Source: an uncultured Pseudomonadota bacterium (GTDB lineage: Bacteria > Pseudomonadota > Gammaproteobacteria > Steroidobacterales > Steroidobacteraceae). From it: a DNA stretch of 64,000 nucleotides. The translations under genes and the position numbers were made by a program. A model generated the notes under the pieces. It was not told the origin of the DNA, ran no database searches, and worked only from the letters and a program-made list of their open reading frames with translations. Below, piece by piece: positions 55,136 through 64,000 of this stretch. The number at the start of each line of letters is the position of its first letter. Position 1 is the first letter of the stretch. Location: NCBI GenBank assembly GCA_963846605.1, contig CAWJWS010000007.1, positions 342,299 through 406,298 of the forward strand. The letters are read 5' to 3'.

Positions 55136-55756
55136 CTACTTCTCGGCGCCGGGCTTGACGTCGAGCATCATGTGCACGAGCTCGGCGATGGAAGTGACTT
55201 CCATCTTCTCCATGACCCGCGCGCGATGGATTTCCACGGTCCGCGGGCTGACGCCGAGATCCTGTGCCACGGCCTTGTTCTGTTTGCCCTGTACCAGCAG
55301 GTCCAGCACCTCACGTTCACGCGGGGTGAGGCTGTCGAGCCGCTCGCGGATGCGCGTGTGCTGTCCCAGCGACTTGCGCAGCTCGCCATCCTTGGTGATG
55401 GCCTTCTGGATGCGGTCGAGCAGGTCCTGGTCACGGAAGGGTTTCTGGAGAAAATCGAAGGCGCCGTGCTGCATGGCTTCCACGGCCATGGGAATGTCGC
55501 CATGGCCCGTCATGAAGATCACGGGAATCACCGCGCCGCGCAGGTTCAGCTGCTGCTGCAGTTCCAGGCCGCTCATGCCCGGCATGCGGATGTCGAGCAG
55601 CAAACAACCCGGCTGCGAAGGCTTGTAGCCGTCGAGGAATTCCTGCGCCGAGCCGAACAGCACGGACTCGAGTCCCACGGACTTGAGCAGCGAGCGCATG
55701 GCATTGCGCACGCCGGAGTCGTCGTCCACCACCATGACCATCGGCTTGTTGTTCAA
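55136..55756 (-). CDS. fixJ: FixJ-type response regulator (REC + LuxR HTH)
   Basis: 206 aa with VVDDD, LLLDIRMPGMSG, and LTPREREVLDLLVQGKQNKAVAQDLGVSPRTVEIHRARVMEKM. The TTG start overlaps the fixL stop (TTGA). An alternative start is ATG 55741. Confidence 0.9.
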   Translation of the reverse strand: MNNKPMVMVVDDDSGVRNAMRSLLKSVGLESVLFGSAQEFLDGYKPSQPGCLLLDIRMPGMSGLELQQQLNLRGAVIPVIFMTGHGDIPMAVEAMQHGAFDFLQKPFRDQDLLDRIQKAITKDGELRKSLGQHTRIRERLDSLTPREREVLDLLVQGKQNKAVAQDLGVSPRTVEIHRARVMEKMEVTSIAELVHMMLDVKPGAEK

Positions 55757-57240
55757 TTCGGGCTCCCATCTACCGCCGGCAGCCGCACGAAGAATTCGGC
55801 GCCGTGCGGCTCGGCGTCACAGGTGCCGATACTACCTTTGTGCGCCTGCACGATGGTACGGCTGATGGCGAGGCCCAGGCCCGTGCCGGCTTCCTTCGAT
55901 GTGCAGAAGGGCTCGAAGAGCCGGGTGCGGACGTTGTCGGAAACTCCCGGTCCGTTGTCGACCACGCGGAATTCCACCTCGTCTCCGCTGGCCCGGGCCG
56001 TGACCACGGAAATGGCGCGCACCTCGGCGGGCGAATCCGCCACCGCCTCCAGCGCATTGCGGACCAGGTTGAGCAGCACTTGCTGTACCTGCACCGGGTC
56101 CACGTCGACGGACGGCAGGTCCGGCGCAAGCTCGATGCGCAGCCTGGCGCCATGCACGCGCGCGTCCGCGGCGATGAGCACGCGCAGCTCTTCGATCAGC
56201 GCGTTGAGGTCGGTGACCCGCCGCTCGCTGGCATCGCTGCGCACCAGCTGACGCAGCCGGCGGATGATCTCTCCCGCGCGCTGGCCTTCGGCGCCGATCT
56301 CGCGGACCGCCTCGAGCACTTCGCCGTAGTCCGGCGTGGAATTGTTGAGGTGCCGGTCGCAGGCGCGCGCATACGTGGTGATGGCGGTGAGCGGCTGGTT
56401 CAGTTCATGCGCCACGCCCGCGGCCATCTCGCCCATGGTGGCGAAACGCGCCACGCGAGTGAGCCGCTCCTGGACCAGCAAGGCTTCCTCCTCGCGGCGC
56501 TGACGGTCTGTGACGTCGTGTCCGGAGCACAGCCAGCCGGCCGGTGTGCCGTCCGGTGCACGCCGAGCGATACACCGCCAGTAGATGCGCCGCTCGTCGC
56601 CATGCGCATCCACGGCATCGAACTCGCGCTCGCGCGAATGGTTCGTGCCCAGCGAACTTTGCAGCAACAGCAGCGCGCGTTCGCGTTCGGTCTCGCCGCG
56701 GATGAAGTCGAGCCAGTCGCGGCCGTGCAGCTCCAGGCTCGCGGCACCCAGCAGCTCGCTGCCGCGCGCGTTGATTTCCTGGATGCGCCGATGCGGATCC
56801 AGCATCAGCAGGATGGAATCGTTGAGTTCGAGATAGGCGTTGGCGCGGTCACGTTCCAGCTTGAGCGCACGGGTGGCGTCGTGCTCGGCGCTCACGTCGC
56901 GCAGGATGCCGATGAAGGCGGGCGGCGTGCCGGCGATCCTGCCCACCGAGAGATGCGCCGGGAATACACTGCCGTCCTTGCGGCTGGCGAAAACTTCGCG
57001 ACCGATGCCGATGATGCGCGCCACGCCCGAGGACTCGTAGTTGCGCATGTAGCCATCGTGCCGCAGCCGGTCTGGCTCGGGCATGAGCTTGTGCACGTTC
57101 TCGCCCATCAGCTCGTGGTTCGAGTAACCGAACATGCGCCGCGTGGCGTCGTTCATCGCCGTGATGCGGCCTTCGTGGTCGATCACGATGATGGCGTCGA
57201 CGGCGGCCTCCATCAACGCGTGCGTTTCCCTGGAAAACAT
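55753..57240 (-). CDS. fixL: Soluble FixL-like haem-PAS oxygen-sensor histidine kinase
   Basis: Lies within ORF 55753..57918, but the upstream part is antisense to usp. ATG 57240 gives MFSRETHALMEAAVDAIIVIDHEGRI. PAS1 has RKDGSVFPAHLSVGRIAG...FIGILRDVS, a FixL haem-pocket-like region. There is a second PAS domain. The H-box is GVAHELNQPLTAI, and the N/G boxes are LLNLVRNALEA, DNGPGV and GTGLGLAISRTIV. Confidence 0.85.
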   Translation of the reverse strand: MFSRETHALMEAAVDAIIVIDHEGRITAMNDATRRMFGYSNHELMGENVHKLMPEPDRLRHDGYMRNYESSGVARIIGIGREVFASRKDGSVFPAHLSVGRIAGTPPAFIGILRDVSAEHDATRALKLERDRANAYLELNDSILLMLDPHRRIQEINARGSELLGAASLELHGRDWLDFIRGETERERALLLLQSSLGTNHSREREFDAVDAHGDERRIYWRCIARRAPDGTPAGWLCSGHDVTDRQRREEEALLVQERLTRVARFATMGEMAAGVAHELNQPLTAITTYARACDRHLNNSTPDYGEVLEAVREIGAEGQRAGEIIRRLRQLVRSDASERRVTDLNALIEELRVLIAADARVHGARLRIELAPDLPSVDVDPVQVQQVLLNLVRNALEAVADSPAEVRAISVVTARASGDEVEFRVVDNGPGVSDNVRTRLFEPFCTSKEAGTGLGLAISRTIVQAHKGSIGTCDAEPHGAEFFVRLPAVDGSPN

Positions 57241-58065
57241 GAGTTCCAGTATGAAGTTGCGCACCGCCCGGGGGAGTACGCAATACCACGGACATCCTAG
57301 GTATAGCGCCGGGTACTGCCGCGCGGCGTCGCGCGCGACCATGCCGCCATGGACAAGCTCACGTCGATCCTGGCCGTGGTCAGTGACGCCGCTCACAGCG
57401 CCGCACTGCTCGACAAGGCCGTGTTCCTGGCCCGCTGCTTCGATGCGCGCGTCGAAATGCTGGAGACCACCTCGGGCGACGCGGTCCTCGAGCGGCTGTC
57501 GCGCCAGCCCGTGGACCTGGTGGTCAAACAACCCGCCAGCGAGCATCCGCTGCGCCGCTGGAATTTCGAAGGCAGCGATCGCCGCCTCGCCGAGCAATCC
57601 ACGGTGCCTATCCTGCTCGCCCGCGCGCGTCCGTGGGCGCGGCCGCCGCGTTTCGCAGCCGCGGTGGATGTCTCGGATCGCGACAGCGAGGCCCTGACAC
57701 GCAGCATCCTGCAGTCGTCGGGCTTCCTTGCGCTGGGCACTTCGGCCAACCTCGACGTGTTGTACGCCGAGCGTGAGCGCCGCGACGAGCGTCTGCGCAT
57801 GGAGCGGGCCGTGAAGCTTGCCGCGCTGGTGCGCGAATTCCGCGTGGGTGGCGAGAACCTGCAGCTGTTCGACGGCACTCCGGAGAAGCAGCTGCCGCCG
57901 GTGCTGGCGCGCCGCCACTACGACCTGCTGGTGCTGGGTGGCGCCACGCGCCGCACGGGGCTGGCGGGGGTGCTGCAGTCGTTGAACGCCAACCTGGCCG
58001 ATGCGGCCGGCGGCGACGTGCTGCTCGTAAACTCCGCGGAATCCGCGCCGGCAGAGATGCCGCGC

Positions 58066-59583
<1,518 letters not shown>

Positions 59584-59654
59584 GGGGCGGGAAGGATAAC
59601 GGGATACGTAGCCTTGCGCATGCGCGCGGGCCGCCGCCTCGCCGATGCTGAGTC

Positions 59655-60090
59655 ATGGCATTCGATCCGAAGGCACGCGTGACCCTGCTCGCGGTGCTGC
59701 CCACCAGTCTTGCGGGGGCCGGGGCCGTCATCGACGAGACCCGCTCGCTGGGCGTGACCACGTGGCGCACGGCGTGCCGTGCGGCCGGGTTCTCTCTTGA
59801 ACTCGCTGGCGGAATTCACCTGGCAGCTGCTGCCCAACATGATCACGGGCGCGTTGCTCGGCGCGTTCCTGCTGCTGATCGTCGGCTGGTTCTCGCGTCA
59901 TCGCAGGGAACTGGCCAGGGAATGCACGGCCGCGCATCTCGGCTGCTTCCTTGCCATGCCGCTGGCGCTGCTGGCATGCGCGCTCGCGTTGCCACTGACC
60001 GTGATGCCGCTCGTGGACCTGGCACTGGCGGCAGTTGCCGCGATGCTGATCCTGCGCACTTTCCGCCGCGATCTGACCACGCATCCGTAG
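59655..60090 (+). pseudogene. Possible small membrane protein upstream of ccoN, one apparent frameshift
   Basis: ATG 59655 ([25 protein letters not shown]...) continues plausibly into ORF 59779..60090 ([32 protein letters not shown]...[22 protein letters not shown]) after a +1 shift near 59770-59790. This call is weak and no family was recognised. Confidence 0.35.
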
Positions 60091-60195
60091 TCCTGCGTAC
60101 ACGCGCGGCGGGGCCGTGCGTAGTGCCGCGTATACCCGCGAGTACGCGCGCCGCCGAAAATTTCAATCGTCCCCAGCTACCGCGGTTTCCCATCA

Positions 60196-61665
60196 ATGAC
60201 TGCTTCCGCCGCCGCACTCGCGCGGCCCCGGCTACGGCCACGGCTCCCGACACAGCCACAGCCACCTACAACGACAAGGTCGTCATCCAGTTCGCCATCA
60301 TGACCGTGGTCTGGGGCATCGTCGGCATGGCCGTCGGTGCGCTCATCGCGGCGCAGCTCTTCTGGCCTGAACTCAACTTCGGCTCCCTGGCTGTCGTACG
60401 GCCGCCTGCGGCCGCTGCACACCAATGCGGTGATCTTCGCGTTCGGCGGCTGCGCGTTGTTCGCGACGTCCTACCACGTCGTGCAGCGCACCTGCCATGT
60501 GCGGCTCATCTCCGACAAGCTGGCCGCGTTCACGTTCTGGGGCTGGCAGCTGGTCATCGTGCTCGCGGCGATCACGCTGCCCGCCGGCATGACCAGCGGC
60601 AAGGAATACGCCGAGCTCGAGTGGCCCATCGACCTGCTCATCGCGGTGGTCTGGGTCAGCTACGCGGTGGTCTTCCTGGGCACGCTGGTGAAGCGCCGCG
60701 TCTCGCACATCTACGTGGCCAACTGGTTCTTCGCCGCGTTCATCATCACGGTGGCGGTGCTGCACATCGTGAACAGCGCCGAGATCCCGGTGTCGCCACC
60801 AAGAGCTACTCCATCTACGCGGGCACGGTCGATGCCATGGTGCAGTGGTGGTACGGGCACAATGCCGTGGGCTTCTTCCTCACGGCCGGCTTCCTCGGCA
60901 TGATGTATTACTACGTGCCCAAGCAGGCCGGCCGGCCTGTCTACTCGTACCGCCTGAGCATCGTCCACTTCTGGGCGCTGATCTTCGATCTACATGTGGG
61001 CAGGCCCGCATCACCTGCACTACACCACGCTGCCGGACTGGGCGCAGTCGCTGGGCATGGTGTTCTCGCTGATCCTGCTCGCGCCGTCCTGGGGCGGCAT
61101 GATCAACGGCCTCATGACGCTCTCGGGCGCGTGGCACAAGCTGCGCACGGATCCGGTCCTCAAGTTCATGGTGGTGGCGATGTCGTTCTACGGCATGGCC
61201 ACGTTCGAAGGGCCGATGATGTCCATCAAGACCGTGAACGCGCTGTCCCACTACACGGACTGGACCGTCGGCCACGTGCACGCGGGCGCGCTCGGCTGGG
61301 TGGCGATGATCACCATCGGCTGCATCTACTCCATGCTGCCGCGCCTGGTCGGCAAGACGCAGATGTGGAGCGTCCGGCTCATCGACTGGCATTTCTGGGT
61401 CACCACCATCGGCGTCGTGTTGTACATCGTCGCCATGTGGATCGCGGGCGTCATGCAGGGCCTGATGTGGCGCGCGACGAACGATGACGGATCGCTGACG
61501 TATTCCTTCGTCGAGTCCCTGCAGGCTACCTACCCGTACTACGCAGTGCGGCTGCTCGGCGGCCTCATGGTGCTCGGCGGCATGGTGCTCATGGCGGTCA
61601 ACGTCGCGAAGACGCTGGCCGGCACGAAGCAGGAACTCGTCAACGCGATCCCGGAGCCCGCATGA
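60196..61665 (+). pseudogene. ccoN: cbb3-type cytochrome c oxidase subunit I, four frame changes
   Basis: ATG 60196 (MTASAAAL) is in frame 1. [39 protein letters not shown] is in frame 0. ORF 60337..60903 has [32 protein letters not shown]...[14 protein letters not shown]. Frame 0 resumes with [53 protein letters not shown] 60994..61665 has [11 protein letters not shown]...[16 protein letters not shown]. The switches are near 60220, 60385, 60790 and 60985. Confidence 0.9.
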
Positions 61666-62273
61666 GCAATGCACATGAAATCGTCGAGAAGAAGGTCTCC
61701 TGGCTGGGCTTGTGGATCGCCGTGGTCATCAGCATCGGCGGCCTGGTGGAGATCGTGCCGCTGTACCTGTCGAACGAAGTGACGACGCCGGCGCCGGGCG
61801 TGAAGCCCTACGGCGCGCTGGCGCTCGAGGGCCGCGACATCTACGTGCGCGAGGGTTGCTACAACTGCCACTCGCAGATGATCCGCCCGCTGCGCGCCGA
61901 GACCGAACGCTACGGTCACTATTCGCTCGCGGGCGAGAGCGTGTACGACCATCCGTTCCAGTTCGGCTCCAAGCGCACGGGCCCGGACCTGGCGCGCGTC
62001 GGCGGCCGCTACAGCGATGAGTGGCATCGCGCCCACCTGTTGAACCCGCGCGACGTGGTGCCCGAATCCAACATGCCGGCCTACGGCTGGCTGGGCACCG
62101 CGCAGATCGACGACACCGGTACTGCCGGCAAGATGCGTGCGCTGCGCCGCGTCGGCGTGCCGTACACCGACGAGGAGATCGCCGCCGCCGCCGAGGCCGT
62201 GCGCGGCAAGACCGAGCTCGACGCGGTGATTGCCTATCTACAGGGGCTGGGTACGGCCTCGAAGAACTGGTGA
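61662..62273 (+). CDS. ccoO: cbb3-type cytochrome c oxidase subunit II (monohaem)
   Basis: 203 aa. The ATG overlaps the ccoN stop (ATGA). Motifs are [13 protein letters not shown] and [24 protein letters not shown]. Confidence 0.95.
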   Translation: MSNAHEIVEKKVSWLGLWIAVVISIGGLVEIVPLYLSNEVTTPAPGVKPYGALALEGRDIYVREGCYNCHSQMIRPLRAETERYGHYSLAGESVYDHPFQFGSKRTGPDLARVGGRYSDEWHRAHLLNPRDVVPESNMPAYGWLGTAQIDDTGTAGKMRALRRVGVPYTDEEIAAAAEAVRGKTELDAVIAYLQGLGTASKNW

Positions 62274-62276
62274 GAC

Positions 62277-62423
62277 ATGGACATCAATGTATTTCGTGGA
62301 CTGGTGACCGGCGTGCTGCTGGGTCTGTTCGTCTGGCTGGTGTTCTGGGCCTGGAGCACGTCGCGCAAGAGTGATTTCGACGAGGCGGCGAAATTGCCGC
62401 TGGAAGATGAGGAGCCGCGATGA
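62277..62423 (+). CDS. ccoQ: cbb3 oxidase small subunit CcoQ
   Basis: At 48 aa it is below the ORF-track cutoff. The sequence is MDINVFRGLVTGVLLGLFVWLVFWAWSTSRKSDFDEAAKLPLEDEEPR. It starts 3 nt after the ccoO stop, and its stop overlaps the ccoP ATG (ATGA at 62420-62423). Confidence 0.8.
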   Translation: MDINVFRGLVTGVLLGLFVWLVFWAWSTSRKSDFDEAAKLPLEDEEPR

Positions 62424-63361
62424 CAGTTGCTTCCATGTCTCTGAGCCACAGCCTGTTCATCATCGTCCTCACTCTCCTCAACATCGGAGGCGCCGTCTGG
62501 CTGCTGTGGTGGACGCGTCGCTCGCGCGGCGAGGCATCGGTTACCACCGAGACCACGGGCCACGTCTGGGACGAGGATATCCGCGAGCTCAACAATCCGC
62601 TGCCGCGCTGGTGGCTGTGGCTGTTCATCATCACTGTGGCGTTTGGCGGCGTGTACCTCGCGTTGTATCCCGGTCTCGGCAACAGCAAGGGCACGCTGGG
62701 TTGGTCATCGGCCTCCGAGCATGCTGCTTCCGCGGCGGCCAACGCGGCGCGCATCGAGAAGACGCTGGCGCCTTTCGCCGCGCGAGAGGTTACCGATCTC
62801 ACGCACGATCCCAAGGCGCTCAACATCGGCCGCAATCTGTTCCTGAACAACTGCGCCACTTGTCACGGCTCCGATGGTGGCGGCGCGCCGGGCTTTCCCA
62901 ATCTCACCGACCGTGAATGGCTGTGGGGCAGTGATCCGAAAACCATCGTGGCGACCATCTCTCAGGGCCGCGCCGGTGTCATGCCCGCCTGGGGTGAGAT
63001 CCTGGGCGACCGCGGCGTGGAAGACATGCTGAGCCATCTCTACAGCCTGCAGGGCCGCGAGCTCGCAGCGGGCGACAAGCGCGCCGGCGCGCAGAAGTTT
63101 GGCGAGCTGTGCGCGGCATGCCATGGCGTCGATGCACGCGGCAAACCCGAGATGGGCACGCCGAATCTCGCCGACGCGGTCTGGCTGCACGGCGGCGCGC
63201 TCACGTCGGTGCGCGACAGCATCACCCACGGCCGCACGGGCACGATGCCCGCGCACCTCGATCGCCTGGGCGAGACGCGCATCAAGCTGCTGGCGGCCTA
63301 CGTGCTGTCGCTGAGCCAGCCGGAGACGCCGACCACGGCGCAGGTCGATGTCGCAAACTGA
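62420..63361 (+). CDS. ccoP: cbb3-type cytochrome c oxidase subunit III (dihaem)
   Basis: 313 aa with an N-terminal TM segment, HVWDEDIRELNNPLPRWW and two CxxCH motifs (CATCH, CAACH). Confidence 0.95.
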   Translation: MTVASMSLSHSLFIIVLTLLNIGGAVWLLWWTRRSRGEASVTTETTGHVWDEDIRELNNPLPRWWLWLFIITVAFGGVYLALYPGLGNSKGTLGWSSASEHAASAAANAARIEKTLAPFAAREVTDLTHDPKALNIGRNLFLNNCATCHGSDGGGAPGFPNLTDREWLWGSDPKTIVATISQGRAGVMPAWGEILGDRGVEDMLSHLYSLQGRELAAGDKRAGAQKFGELCAACHGVDARGKPEMGTPNLADAVWLHGGALTSVRDSITHGRTGTMPAHLDRLGETRIKLLAAYVLSLSQPETPTTAQVDVAN

Positions 63362-63611
63362 TAGCCACGAGCTGGGAGCGGGCGGCCGCGCGGGGGGTGT
63401 GATCATCTGGAGCGCCTTCCTGGCCGCTGCGCTGGCGACCATGCTGTGTTTCGCGCTGCTGGATCCGCTGGCCATTTCCGCGGGCGAAACCCCGGCCTGG
63501 TGGTCGGGCCGGCTGCGCGTGTACGCGATCGGCTTCTTCTTTTTCTGGCTGATCGGGCTCGTCGCCGCCGCGCTCTGCTGGCAGCTCACCCGGCCGGGCC
63601 GGGAGCGCTGA
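63348..63611 (+). CDS. Small membrane protein between ccoP and ccoG, unknown
   Basis: 87 aa with two TM helices (VIIWSAFLAAALATMLCFALL, VYAIGFFFFWLIGLVAAALCW). It overlaps the ccoP end by 14 nt, and its stop abuts the ccoG GTG. Confidence 0.55.
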   Translation: MSQTDSHELGAGGRAGGVIIWSAFLAAALATMLCFALLDPLAISAGETPAWWSGRLRVYAIGFFFFWLIGLVAAALCWQLTRPGRER

Positions 63612-64000
63612 GTGGCCTCCGTCGAACGCACCGCCGGGGAGTCTCTCTACCTGGCGGAAGCCAAGGTCTATCCACGCGAGGTGAAAGGCCGGTACGCGCG
63701 CCTGCGTACGCTCTCGGTCTGGGTGCTGCTCGGCATCTTCTATCTACTGCCCTGGCTCATGTGGGACGGCCGCCAGGCGGTGCTGTTCGACCTGCCGGCC
63801 CGCAAGTTCTTCATCCTGGGGCTCGTGTTCTGGCCGCAGGATTTCATCTTCCTCACCTGGCTGCTGATCATCGCGGCGCTGGCGCTGTTTTTCTTCACCG
63901 CCATCGGCGGGCGCCTGTGGTGCGGCTACGCCTGCCCGCAGACGGTGTGGACCGAGACCTTCCTGTGGATGGAACGCTTCGTCGAAGGTGACCGCGCCGC
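63612..64000 (+). CDS. ccoG: Cytochrome c oxidase accessory protein CcoG/FixG (N-terminal part; continues beyond the window)
   Basis: It is not in the ORF track because it has no stop in the window. GTG 63612 directly follows an in-frame TGA. The sequence is VASVERTAGESLYLAEAKVYPREVKGRYARLRTLSVWVLLGIFYLLPWLMWDGRQAVLFDLPARKFFILGLVFWPQDFIFL...GGRLWCGYACPQTVWTETFLWMERFVEGDR. Confidence 0.85.
   Translation, partial: MASVERTAGESLYLAEAKVYPREVKGRYARLRTLSVWVLLGIFYLLPWLMWDGRQAVLFDLPARKFFILGLVFWPQDFIFLTWLLIIAALALFFFTAIGGRLWCGYACPQTVWTETFLWMERFVEGDRA

Noticed and set aside
55804-57300. 498-aa ORF on the + strand
   Set aside because: It is antisense to fixL. The - strand carries PAS, H-box and ATPase motifs.
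57241-57918. N-terminal 226-codon extension of the fixL ORF (ORF 55753..57918)
   Set aside because: The extension is antisense to the usp gene and has shadow-frame composition. The PAS domain begins right at ATG 57240.
60091-60195. Search for an Fnr/FixK box (TTGAT-N4-ATCAA) just upstream of ccoN; ATCAA at 60192-96 and TTCAAT near 60163 caught the eye
   Set aside because: They are isolated half-sites without a partner at the right spacing, and one overlaps the start codon. The region is also inside the indel-dense tract, so absence is not conclusive.
63446-63991. 181-aa ORF in the + strand track
   Set aside because: It is a shadow frame of ccoG. The frame starting at GTG 63612 gives the conserved CcoG/FixG N-terminus (PWLMWDGRQAVLFDLP...RLWCGYACPQTVWTE).

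Overview
This is a 64-kb slice of a high-GC proteobacterial chromosome. The protein content (many TonB/DUF885/OmpA-like envelope proteins, CadC-like TPR regulators, FixLJ plus cbb3 oxidase) suggests an environmental Gammaproteobacterium of the Steroidobacter/Nevskiales/Xanthomonadales type, but that is only a guess. I call 63 protein-coding loci. I saw no rRNA, tRNA, CRISPR array, transposase, integrase or phage genes. The window falls into five blocks. (i) 1-17.9 kb holds regulators and envelope genes, including a divergent PAP2 phosphatase / EptA (MCR-like) phosphoethanolamine-transferase pair and a minimal HK - Crp - SWIM - REC cluster. (ii) 18-32.8 kb holds secreted glycan and peptide scavenging genes: a CBM-GH enzyme, two DUF885 proteins, purU, an NPCBM-GH27 alpha-galactosidase and a TonB-dependent receptor. 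(iii) 32.7-38.2 kb is a five-gene hydroxyproline-catabolism locus (epimerase, GntR regulator, FAD dehydrogenase, DHDPS-family enzyme, APC permease) in which every gene is broken by frame changes. (iv) 38-53 kb holds an SDR and 6PGDH, a phosphoesterase, two divergent OmpA-like lipoprotein operons with uncharacterised partners, a LuxR/DUF4199 cluster and a PQQ dehydrogenase. (v) 53-64 kb is an oxygen-response island: PilZ, a dihaem cytochrome c, GNAT, fixLJ, usp, a PAS hybrid kinase, ccoNOQP and ccoG. Three observations stand out. First, there are two sharply delimited indel-dense tracts (32.75-38.16 kb and 58.45-60.99 kb) plus three isolated frameshifts. Second, a TCGTATACGA palindrome is shared by two divergent promoters and ties the alpha-galactosidase/TonB-receptor pair to the hydroxyproline genes. 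Third, there is an uncharacterised, translationally coupled OmpA-anchored envelope operon. I did not find a convincing defence system, mobile element or other clearly novel machine. The candidates below are hypotheses from reading the sequence by eye, and the ORF track uses ATG, GTG and TTG as starts.
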